This document shows, one piece after another, positions 54,452 to 62,980 of a DNA stretch of 64,000 bases. Where the stretch lies: positions 1 through 64,000 of IMG/VR virus record IMGVR_UViG_3300009095_000001. One strand, 5' to 3'. The DNA comes from a virus. Lineage: Duplodnaviria > Caudoviricetes. A model generated the notes under the pieces. The model was not told where the DNA came from. It did no database searches and saw only the letters and a list, made by a program, of their open reading frames with translations. Both the position numbers and the translations under genes were made by a program. The number at the start of each line of letters is the position of its first letter. Positions within the stretch are counted from its first letter, which is position 1.

Positions 54452-56299
54452 GTGGACGGGACCGAACGCAGCGACGACGACGAGTTCGTGCTGCTGCAGT
54501 ATCAGCGCGAGTGGGTCGATGAGCTGATCGTCAACAGCGTCTGCCCGGTCTGCAGGTCAGCCAGCGTCGCGCCTCCGGGGCCGATGGGACTGAGCAAAGA
54601 GGAGCGTGAGCTGGCTATCGCTGAGCAGCGAGAGCTCGCTGCTCAGCTCGAGGGGCACGATACCCGGTGGCTCGCGAAGACCGAAGATCAGATCGCTAAT
54701 CTCGAAAAGCGGTTGGTGGCGGATGGCAAATGCGATCGCTACGGCTGCTACGGCTGGCTAGTCGCCAAGAAGAAAAACTTCACCGTCGTCGCTGAAAAGA
54801 GCCGCCAGATCGGATTCACGTGGGGCACCGCCTGCGGAGCGGTGATCGTCGCATCGCTGCCGAGGAACCAGGGCGGGCTCGACGTCTACTACATGTCGAC
54901 GGGGCAGGATGATGCTCGCGACTTCATCAACGAGTGCATGCGGTGGATCATCGAGAAGTTCTCGCCGATCCTCGAGCGCTGCCCGGAAGTCGAAGAATTC
55001 GATTGGATCGACGACGACGATCCCGTAGCCATCCAGACCTTCCGCATTCGGTTCCCGAGCGGGTTCGCTATCTACGCGCTGCCAAGCCGACCTGCCCGTA
55101 TGCGAGGCAAGAAGCGGTGCCTAGCGATCCTCGACGAAGCGGCGCAAAACGACCTCGACGCGTGGATCAAGGCCACGGGCGCTCTCAAGTTCTGGGGTGG
55201 GCAGCGTGCGATCATTTCGACGCACTACGGATCGGATAGCGCCTTCTACAAGTACGTCCAGCGCGTCAAGGCGAGCATTGCGGACGGCAAGCGGATGGCG
55301 TCGCTGCATAGCGTGTTCCTGCATGACGCGCTTCGGCAGGGCGTCTATCGCCGCATGTGCAGGCTTGCGCGCCCACAGGTCCGGTGGACGCAGGAGCTCG
55401 AGGACGCGTGGGTAGAGGAACTGCGAAACGAGTACGGCGATGGCTTCGACGAGGAGTGCCTGGGTATCGTCGCGGGCGCGAGCAATCAGCTGATCGGCCG
55501 CCAGCTCGTCGTCGCTGCGCAGACGCTGTCGCCCGCCGAATGCCCGATCGTCGAGATCTGCGGCGGCGATGAACCCCGCATGTGGATCAACGGCGACCTG
55601 GTCGAGAGCTCGGACAAGCCTTGGCCGCTGCCCACCGAGAGCGTGCAGGAGACCGCTTCGCCCGAAGAGCGCGAGCGGATGGTGCGTGGCTGGCTCGACG
55701 CGCACCTCGCATCGACCCTCAAGCGCATCAACGCGCTCGGCCACGACATTCACGTCGGCGACGACTACGGCCGCTCGGGCGATATCAGCTACAAGGTCAT
55801 CGGCACGAACGACTCGGCCAACCGTCGCGCGGTCCGGCTGGTGATCGAGTGCGATCGCGTCCCGTTCACGATCCAGTCCCAGATCGCCGACTACTGTTGG
55901 CCGATCCTGACTCGCCTGCGCAGCGGCTCGGGCGACGGCAACGGCAACGGCTCGCAGTGTGCCGAGCGGGCGAAGGACATGACCCGCGGGAAGATGGCGG
56001 TGACCATGCGGCTACCCGACACCGCATTTACTCGGCTCCGCACTCGGCTCGAGCACGGGACCCTCGCGCTTCCGCGGCACAGCAAAGAGCTCGCCGACGA
56101 CCTGACCTCGCTCAAGCGCAAGGGCAATGGCAAGGGCATCGACGCACCGCAACGCAGGACCGATCGCGGCCAGCAGCGGCACGCCGACGGTGCCTACGCG
56201 CTTGCCCACTTCGAGCACAGCATTGATACTGACGGTCAGGTCGTGCAGCTTTCGTCTGTTCGACGCGTGAAAAGGTCACTGTTCCCGACGAGGCGATGA
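54452..56299 (+). CDS. terL: terminase large subunit (Mu gp28-like)
   Basis: LLQYQREW, EKSRQIGFTW, LPSRPARMRG, ILDEAA, ISTHYG, GDDYGRSGD, HADGAYALA; GTG 54452. Confidence 0.88.
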   Translation: MDGTERSDDDEFVLLQYQREWVDELIVNSVCPVCRSASVAPPGPMGLSKEERELAIAEQRELAAQLEGHDTRWLAKTEDQIANLEKRLVADGKCDRYGCYGWLVAKKKNFTVVAEKSRQIGFTWGTACGAVIVASLPRNQGGLDVYYMSTGQDDARDFINECMRWIIEKFSPILERCPEVEEFDWIDDDDPVAIQTFRIRFPSGFAIYALPSRPARMRGKKRCLAILDEAAQNDLDAWIKATGALKFWGGQRAIISTHYGSDSAFYKYVQRVKASIADGKRMASLHSVFLHDALRQGVYRRMCRLARPQVRWTQELEDAWVEELRNEYGDGFDEECLGIVAGASNQLIGRQLVVAAQTLSPAECPIVEICGGDEPRMWINGDLVESSDKPWPLPTESVQETASPEERERMVRGWLDAHLASTLKRINALGHDIHVGDDYGRSGDISYKVIGTNDSANRRAVRLVIECDRVPFTIQSQIADYCWPILTRLRSGSGDGNGNGSQCAERAKDMTRGKMAVTMRLPDTAFTRLRTRLEHGTLALPRHSKELADDLTSLKRKGNGKGIDAPQRRTDRGQQRHADGAYALAHFEHSIDTDGQVVQLSSVRRVKRSLFPTRR

Positions 56300-56300
56300 A

Positions 56301-58667
56301 ATGACCAAAGCAGCCAAGAGCCGAGCGAGCGGTGCGAAATCGGGTGTGAAGTCGGTAGCGAAGTCGGGGGCAAGGGGAGCGAGGGTGAGCGCGAAGCGGC
56401 CAGCAGCGAAGGTCAGCAAGCGCGGCGACAGCAAGCCCGCGGCCAAGGCCACCGCACGCACCGACGGCACCAAGACCACGCAGAAGATCGGCGACATTGC
56501 TGCGATCCTGCGCGGCGAGTTCACGCCCGGCATGCCCGGCTGGCTGTTCGGCGAAGCGGCCTATGCTTGGTATCTCAGCAACGGCGTCGCGCGGCAGATG
56601 ATCGGCCGCTTCGCCAGCCTGATGACGAAGCCAGCCCACAAGTACACGCACACCGACGTGCGCGACTTCGACTGGGCCCCCACGATCAGCAAGCTCGACG
56701 ACCTCAAGTACAAGATCGCGTGCCGCATGGCTGCGACGTGGGCGTTCGTTTTCGGCGCGGGAATCATCGAGCACGTGGTCGACGATTGCGATCGCGACGG
56801 CGAGCCGCTCGAGCTCGTCAACGTCCGCGCGTACAAGGGCGTCCGCATCCACACCTCCTACAGCCTGCGGCCGCAACACGGCTACGACTGGAAGACCGCC
56901 GAGTGGTTCGAGACCGTCCGCGTGGGAGCTCGCCGGCTCATCCATCGCTCGCGACTCACGATCATGGTCGTCACCGACACGCCCGACGGCATCGTGATCC
57001 CGTCGATCAGCGGATGGCCGCCGAGCTGGCTCGAGAGCATCTACCAGTCCTTCAACGAGTGGACGAAGATCGAGTGCGACGTGTCGGCGATCGTCCGCAC
57101 GTTGTCGATCTTGCACCTGCAGCTCGAAGGCTGGGCGAAAGCAGCGGCGAACCCAGACAGCGTCGAGGCAGCAGCCGTCGCGGCTCGGATCGAGCAAGCC
57201 CTGGAAGGCCTGAGCTCGCACGGTCTGCTCGTGACCGACAAGGCGGACGCGCTCGGCGAAGCTTCCCGCCAGATCACCGGGCTCGACAAACTCGTCGAGC
57301 GCAAGGCCCTGCGTGCAGCGGCGAGCTCAGGCGTTCCGAAAGAGCTGCTGCTCATGGAGGCCGAGGGCAACCTCGGGCTCAACTCCGCGCCAATCGACGC
57401 CTACTACGATCTTGTCAGCGGCTGGGCGGAGCAGATGATCGTGCCCGCGATCACCCGCGCGTCCGAGATCGCGCTCGCGGCTCAGCGCTACAAGGCCAAG
57501 CTGGCGGGCGAGCTGCTCGTCGTGCCCTCGCAATTCATCGTGGTTCAGGACGCGATCCAGCAGGCGACCGGAAAAGAGCGGGCCGAGCAGCGCAGGGCCA
57601 ACGCGGACGCGCGCGCTTCCGATGCGACGAAGACCGGCGTACCGCTCGAGGTGATCCTCGGCGACCCCACGCTGCGCGAGGACTACCCGGATATCGACGC
57701 GTTCCTCGAAGCCAAGGCCACGCGCGAGCAGCAAGCCCGCGAGAAGGCGCAGGCGTCCGGGCTCGACAACCCCGAAGGCGAGGATCTGATCAGCGCCGCG
57801 CAGGCGGCCAAGGCGTTCGGGATCACCGGGAGCACGCTGATCAAGTACGCCAAGCAAGGCATCGTCCGCGGGCACCAGGTTGGTGGTCGGTGGAAGTTCT
57901 ATCTCTCGCAGGTGACTCAGGCGCTCATGGGCAAGTCGCCCGAGCAGATCGAGCAAGCCGTGGATCAGCGGCTCGACGATATCGGCCTGTCCGAGTCCAC
58001 CAAGTTTGGCGACGTGTGGGGCGCGAGCGATGCGATGCGGGAGATCTTCGCGGTGCTCGAGCGCATCCGCGACACCACGCTCTCGGTGCTGCTGCTGGGC
58101 GAGACCGGCACCGGCAAAGAGGGCATCGCTCGGGGGCTCCACGTCTCCGGGCCATTCGTCGCGCTCAACTGCGCCGAGCTCGACTACGAACCGCGCGAGG
58201 CTGCGAAGCGACTGCGCGAGGCTCTGACCGCGGCGGCCGGCGGCACGCTGTTCTTGGATGAAGTCGGCGACTGCCCGCGGGACGTTCAATCCGCGCTGCT
58301 CCGCATCCTGGCGACCGAGCACGAAGCCCGCATCGTCTCGGCAACGTCGCGCTCCATGGACTGGCTGCGGCCGGATCTGTACTACCGGCTGGCCGAGGTC
58401 GAGATCGAGATCCCACCGCTGCGCGATCGAGAGGCCGACGTCATCACGATCGCGCAGGGCATCTACGAGAGCTACACCAGCGAGCGCGGCTACGAAGCGG
58501 CCGAGCCTGCGTTCACCGAAGCCGCGATCGCAACGATGCTGGCCTACCCGTGGATGGGCAACATCCGCGAGCTTAAGTCGGCCGTGTGCCGCGGCGTCGA
58601 GCTGGCGCCTCGGGCCGCTCCGGTCGGCATCGAGCACCTGCAGCTCAACATGCGAGGCCAGCGTTGA
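56301..58667 (+). CDS. portal protein (DUF1073-type) fused to MerR/excisionase-type HTH and NtrC-type AAA+ domain
   Basis: position after terL; YLSNGVARQMI, WAFVFGAGII, SWLE, AASSGVPKELL..GLN..YYDLV portal motifs; SAAQAAKAFGIT..GGRWKF HTH; GETGTGKE, LNCAEL, GGTLFLDEVG, DLYYRL, PPLRDR, WMGNIREL. Confidence 0.82.
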   Translation: MTKAAKSRASGAKSGVKSVAKSGARGARVSAKRPAAKVSKRGDSKPAAKATARTDGTKTTQKIGDIAAILRGEFTPGMPGWLFGEAAYAWYLSNGVARQMIGRFASLMTKPAHKYTHTDVRDFDWAPTISKLDDLKYKIACRMAATWAFVFGAGIIEHVVDDCDRDGEPLELVNVRAYKGVRIHTSYSLRPQHGYDWKTAEWFETVRVGARRLIHRSRLTIMVVTDTPDGIVIPSISGWPPSWLESIYQSFNEWTKIECDVSAIVRTLSILHLQLEGWAKAAANPDSVEAAAVAARIEQALEGLSSHGLLVTDKADALGEASRQITGLDKLVERKALRAAASSGVPKELLLMEAEGNLGLNSAPIDAYYDLVSGWAEQMIVPAITRASEIALAAQRYKAKLAGELLVVPSQFIVVQDAIQQATGKERAEQRRANADARASDATKTGVPLEVILGDPTLREDYPDIDAFLEAKATREQQAREKAQASGLDNPEGEDLISAAQAAKAFGITGSTLIKYAKQGIVRGHQVGGRWKFYLSQVTQALMGKSPEQIEQAVDQRLDDIGLSESTKFGDVWGASDAMREIFAVLERIRDTTLSVLLLGETGTGKEGIARGLHVSGPFVALNCAELDYEPREAAKRLREALTAAAGGTLFLDEVGDCPRDVQSALLRILATEHEARIVSATSRSMDWLRPDLYYRLAEVEIEIPPLRDREADVITIAQGIYESYTSERGYEAAEPAFTEAAIATMLAYPWMGNIRELKSAVCRGVELAPRAAPVGIEHLQLNMRGQR

Positions 58668-59041
58668 CGATCAGCGAGCGCCAGTTTCCGATCATCGCTC
58701 CGCGCGACAACAGGGGCCGCGTGCTTGGGGGCTGCCCGGAGTCCGTGCCCTGGTCGTTCGTCGAGCCCCACCGCGCGCAGGCGCTGGCGAATCATTCGCA
58801 GACCTTGGAGCGGTTGGCCGAGCGTGGCGGGCTCGCGCCGAGTGAGCTGCACGCGATCGTGCACGATCGGCCGTGGGTACCGATGGACCGCGACAAGGCG
58901 GTGGCTTGGCTGGTCGAGCGAGTGCAGACCATGGCGATGGAGCAGGCGCTGCGGCGGGCTCAAGTCGAATCGCTGGACAGCTACACGGTGACGACGGTTG
59001 GGCCGGTGCAGTCAGGCACGTTGCGGGAGTTCAAGCGGTGA
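58664..59041 (+). CDS. phage hypothetical protein
   Basis: TTG start overlapping portal stop; QTLERLAERGGL motif. Confidence 0.55.
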   Translation: MTISERQFPIIAPRDNRGRVLGGCPESVPWSFVEPHRAQALANHSQTLERLAERGGLAPSELHAIVHDRPWVPMDRDKAVAWLVERVQTMAMEQALRRAQVESLDSYTVTTVGPVQSGTLREFKR

Positions 59042-59439
59042 CGAAGGGCGATCGCGTCTGCATCATCGGCGGTCCGCGGGTCGGCAAGACGACCCTGGCC
59101 AGCTTGATGGAGAACGTGCTGCACACCGACGACCTGGTCGGCCGGCTCGAATGGTCGGCCGCGAGCGAGCTGGTAGCGACCGACTGGCTCATGCGTCCCG
59201 GGCCGTGGGTAATCGAGGGCGTTGCGGTCGCGCGGGCGCTGCGAAAGTGGCTCGCCGCCAACGCCAAGGGCAAGCCGTGCGATCGCGTGCTCGAGCTGAC
59301 CAAGCCGCTCGTGGAGCTGTCGAAGGGTCAGGCGGCGATGGCCAAGGGGCACGAGACGGTGTGGCAGCAAGTGCGCCCGCTGCTGCTCGAGCGCGGAGTG
59401 GTGGTGGAGCTGGGCGCGTTGCAGGAGATCCAGCGGTGA
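59038..59439 (+). CDS. small P-loop NTPase (adenylate-kinase-like)
   Basis: RVCIIGGPRVGKTTLA, LHTDDL, WVIEG. Confidence 0.7.
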   Translation: MTKGDRVCIIGGPRVGKTTLASLMENVLHTDDLVGRLEWSAASELVATDWLMRPGPWVIEGVAVARALRKWLAANAKGKPCDRVLELTKPLVELSKGQAAMAKGHETVWQQVRPLLLERGVVVELGALQEIQR

Positions 59440-60101
59440 CCATTGGCGAGCGACTGCGACGCGAACGGAAGCGCGCCGGGCTGACTCAGGCTGAGCTCGC
59501 GCTCGCGCTCGATGTGCACCATGCCTACGTGTGGAAGATCGAGAACGGGAAACGTAGGCCGTCGAAGCGCCTGATCGACAGGTGGTCGGCTGCCACGGCA
59601 TCGACGCAAGCTGACCTGTTGCTCGAAGGCCCGGCCCTGTTCGACCTTGCGTTTCCGATCGACCGACGGATAGACGACCCGTTCACCGCGCGGCGCGTGC
59701 TCGACGTCGTGCCGGCGGGCGTTCGAAAGCAGGTTTCGGTCTGGCCAAGCAGCAATGAGACGGTGCTGCGGCTGCGCGCTCGCGGGTCAGCGTTGCCGTC
59801 TGCGATCGGCCTAGCCGGCACAACGGCCCCGGGCATCGGTCAACTCGGGACACCGACAGTCTCGCCGCTGCGCGCAGCCGATGAGCTCGTCGCCTGGATT
59901 CGAGCAGCAGACGAACGCCATGCAGCGGAGCAAGTCGAGGCACGCATGGCCGCTGCTGCTGCTCGTGGATGCGTCACGATCGGCAGGTTCGGCGCGGTGT
60001 TTGTGGCTCGCGTGGCCGCTCTGAGCAAGCACGCGTCGGTGGCATTGCAGGATTTGGTCGAAGAATCGCCAATCGGTCTTTTTGTGCCAGCCGCATGGTA
60101 G
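59436..60101 (+). CDS. XRE-family HTH protein
   Basis: IGERLRRERKRAGLTQAELALALDVHHAYVWKIENGKRRPS. Confidence 0.8.
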   Translation: MTIGERLRRERKRAGLTQAELALALDVHHAYVWKIENGKRRPSKRLIDRWSAATASTQADLLLEGPALFDLAFPIDRRIDDPFTARRVLDVVPAGVRKQVSVWPSSNETVLRLRARGSALPSAIGLAGTTAPGIGQLGTPTVSPLRAADELVAWIRAADERHAAEQVEARMAAAAARGCVTIGRFGAVFVARVAALSKHASVALQDLVEESPIGLFVPAAW

Positions 60102-60303
60102 GCGCGAGAGATTGGCTATTTGATCACAAAAAATGACACAGCCGCTCGCGCGTGTGCAAGACAAGCACGCGCGCGAGCGGGTACCACATTGGCGTGGACC
60201 AGTCGAAAAAGTCGAGCGAGCAGGCGAAGCCCAAGGCCGCGCCAAAGCCCGCGCCGACCAGCGACGAGCGGCCGGTTGATGGAAAGCCCATCACGAGGTT
60301 CGG

Positions 60304-62088
60304 ATGACCCAAGCCAGCACGCAAAGCGCCGCAGCAACCGACGCCGCGGTAGCTGATCCTGCGGTGACCGGCAGCGAGGGCGCGGCCGATCCCGGCCAGG
60401 CTGCCGAGCCACCGCCCGCCGATCCCGGCCAAGCTCCGGCCGCGGAGCCCGGCCAAGGCGAGCCCGGCCAGGGTGACGATGGCGAGCTGCCGACCGCCGA
60501 CAGCATCACGCTGGCGCTTCGCGGCGTCGCTGCTCTGCCGCCGATCAAGCGGGAAGCTCGAGGCTGGACCGACAAGGCGATCGCGGGCGCGATGGCGCTG
60601 CTGACTTCGATGGGGGTAGCCCCGCATGCCGACGCAGGCGAACGGGTCTACCGCACCTGCACGATGGACTTCGCGCTGGGGTCCGAGGATCGCGTCGCGG
60701 TGGATCGGGCGCTCGCCATCGCCGACGAGCTCGGATCGCAAGCCGACGGTGCCAAGGTCGACGCGGCGCAGATCAACGCGATTGCGGAGCGGCTACGCGC
60801 TGACGGATTCGCCGACAAGGTCACGACCGACGGCCGGCTGATCGTCACGGGCTACGCCGCGCGCACGGGCTCGCAGCTCTACGGCGACGGCAAGAGCACC
60901 TGGTACGAGTACCGGAGCGAGGACGAAGTCGAGAAAAGCCTCAAGAGCTTCGACTTCGCGACGTTCACCGACGACCACCCGCCGGTGCTCGTGACGGCGG
61001 ATAACTGGCGCGAGTACGCCAGGGGCATGCTCGGCACGGGTGCGGAGCTGCTGCCGCCCGACGAAGACGGCTTGCGCTTCGTCAAGGTGCAGATCTGCGT
61101 CGGCGACATTGCGGTGATCCGCAAGATGCGTGACGGCAAGGTGCAGCTGTCGACCGGCTACACCACGATCGCGGTGCGCGATCCTGGCGTCGATGCGCAG
61201 GGCATCCGCTACACGTTTCGGCAGACCGACATTCAGGTCAACCACCAATCTCTCGTCGATGAAGCTCGCGCGGGCGCCAAGGCTCGCGTGCTGATCGACG
61301 GCGCTTTTGTTTTCGAGGCCAGCAAGGACGACGTCATGACGACCAACAACGCGAACGCGAACACCCCGAAGCCGAAGACCGATCAGCCCGAGGGCGCGAT
61401 CCCGTCGAAGAAAGACCAGCTCGACCCCGAGGCCGCGACGGGTTTGCTCGACGCGATCAAGGCTCTCCTCAACGGAGAGATCGAGCCCGCGGGCGCCTAC
61501 GCCAAGATCGCCGAAGTGCTCGGCCTCGATCCGGCGATGGTCACTCAGCACCTGGGCGGTGGCGAGATCATGGAGCTGGACGGCGTCAAGCTGCTGGTCA
61601 GCAAGGACGCGGCCGCGAAGCTCCGCGCTCGCGAGCAGAAGCTCAGCACCGACGCTGCCCAGCGCGATACCGATCTCGCAGCGACCAACGGCGAGCTCGC
61701 CGGGCTGCGGCGCACGGTCGAGAAGCTCGAGGCCGATGCGATCGCCCGCGCGACGGTCGACCTGGAGAACGAGATTGCCCCGCTGTGCCCGCAGCTCGTG
61801 AAGTCGTGGGCGGACGGCAAGCGCCCCGCCACGATGACGAAGATGCGCGAGGCGGCGATCCTCGATCTCGATCCGCTGGCGAAGGTCGATCTCGACAAGG
61901 CGCGCGGGACTGACGAGAAGCCTCCGCCGACCTACGACGCGTTCGTGGAGTCGCTCTACGGCTCGACCAAGCGCCATGCTGCGGTTCGGGCCAAGGCCAC
62001 GACGACGAACTCCGACAGCCGCTTCTCGGCCCCGGCCACGATCAAGACCGGGGGCTTCCACGGCAATACCGGAACCCCCGGCAACTGA
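60304..62088 (+). CDS. DUF2213-type prohead protease/scaffold
   Basis: TTDGRLIV..ARTGSQLY, TFTDDHP, VTADNW, QLSTGY, QTDIQVNH..LVDEARAG; C-terminal coiled-coil scaffold. Confidence 0.85.
   Translation: MTQASTQSAAATDAAVADPAVTGSEGAADPGQAAEPPPADPGQAPAAEPGQGEPGQGDDGELPTADSITLALRGVAALPPIKREARGWTDKAIAGAMALLTSMGVAPHADAGERVYRTCTMDFALGSEDRVAVDRALAIADELGSQADGAKVDAAQINAIAERLRADGFADKVTTDGRLIVTGYAARTGSQLYGDGKSTWYEYRSEDEVEKSLKSFDFATFTDDHPPVLVTADNWREYARGMLGTGAELLPPDEDGLRFVKVQICVGDIAVIRKMRDGKVQLSTGYTTIAVRDPGVDAQGIRYTFRQTDIQVNHQSLVDEARAGAKARVLIDGAFVFEASKDDVMTTNNANANTPKPKTDQPEGAIPSKKDQLDPEAATGLLDAIKALLNGEIEPAGAYAKIAEVLGLDPAMVTQHLGGGEIMELDGVKLLVSKDAAAKLRAREQKLSTDAAQRDTDLAATNGELAGLRRTVEKLEADAIARATVDLENEIAPLCPQLVKSWADGKRPATMTKMREAAILDLDPLAKVDLDKARGTDEKPPPTYDAFVESLYGSTKRHAAVRAKATTTNSDSRFSAPATIKTGGFHGNTGTPGN
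60388..60475 (+). repeat. (D/E)PGQ low-complexity repeats
   Basis: ga(t/g)cccggcca x4 encoding DPGQA/EPGQG. Confidence 0.6.
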
Positions 62089-62131
62089 GCCCGCTGTTCC
62101 ACGACTTCCCGGCAAGACAGAGGACTGACCG

Positions 62132-62935
62132 ATGACGACCACGCTTCGCTACCAGATCAATCCGACTCGCGGCCAGCGGGTCTCCAGCAACCCCACGCGC
62201 TCGCGGCTGTGGCCCGGCAACAACACGATCAAGACGCTCACGGTCGGTGGCACCTATGTCGACGGGACCTACAGCTACACGATCGGCGGCGTCGAGGTGT
62301 CGGTGAGCCTGACCGGCAGCTCTCTTGCTGGTGCCGCGGCAGCGCTCAAGGCCAAGCACGACTCGCTGCCGACCGCGCTCGAGCAGGCGGAGGCCATCGT
62401 CGATGGTGCGGTCTTGCGCCTCGACTCGCGTACGCCCGAGACGACTTTCACGCTGGGGAGCTTGACGGCCCCCGGCACGGCCACGCTCACGGAAGACGAC
62501 GAGACCGAGTCGAGCGGTGCCCGGCTGCGGCCCGGTCTGTTCGTGGCGTTGCACAACACCAAGCCCGAGTGGCTCCGCCGTCTGACGACGGGCGACACCG
62601 CGGCCGCGATCTTCGGCGTCACGCAGGAGGGCCCCGACATGGAGACCAGCGACGGCGACGAGGACTCCGTCGACGGCTGGGATCCGGGAGCGATGGTCAC
62701 CGTGCAGGGGCACGGTGAGATCCCCGTGATCTGCGAGCAAGAGGTCACCAACGTCAACGCGGCGGTGTACGTCCGCGTCGTCGCGACGGGCGACGAAGAG
62801 GCGGGCGCGGCTCGTCTCGATGCAGACAGCGGCGACGCGGTCGCGGCCAGCAACGTCCGTTGGTCGGGCCTCAGCTGGACCGACGATGACGGCCAGATCA
62901 TCGCGATGGTGATCATCAGCAACCCCGCGGCCTGA
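62132..62935 (+). CDS. head decoration/cement protein
   Basis: between scaffold and capsid; GLFV..IFGV..VTVQGHGEIPV..VYVR. Confidence 0.65.
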   Translation: MTTTLRYQINPTRGQRVSSNPTRSRLWPGNNTIKTLTVGGTYVDGTYSYTIGGVEVSVSLTGSSLAGAAAALKAKHDSLPTALEQAEAIVDGAVLRLDSRTPETTFTLGSLTAPGTATLTEDDETESSGARLRPGLFVALHNTKPEWLRRLTTGDTAAAIFGVTQEGPDMETSDGDEDSVDGWDPGAMVTVQGHGEIPVICEQEVTNVNAAVYVRVVATGDEEAGAARLDADSGDAVAASNVRWSGLSWTDDDGQIIAMVIISNPAA

Positions 62936-62980
62936 GCCTGACCGCACGCATCCAACCTCCACAACCACAGGATCAGAACG

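Noticed and set aside
53351-56299. Mu-like transposable phage or invertible tail segment
   Set aside because: No MuA/MuB or invertase seen; the genome uses a tyrosine integrase and an initiator-DnaB origin
56301-57700. Anti-CBASS Acb1 activity sometimes attached to DUF1073 labels
   Set aside because: No pair of HxT/S 2H-phosphoesterase motifs recognisable; position indicates portal
57786-58667. Functional sigma-54 activator
   Set aside because: GAFTGA loop and C-terminal Fis HTH are absent, so canonical activation is not supported
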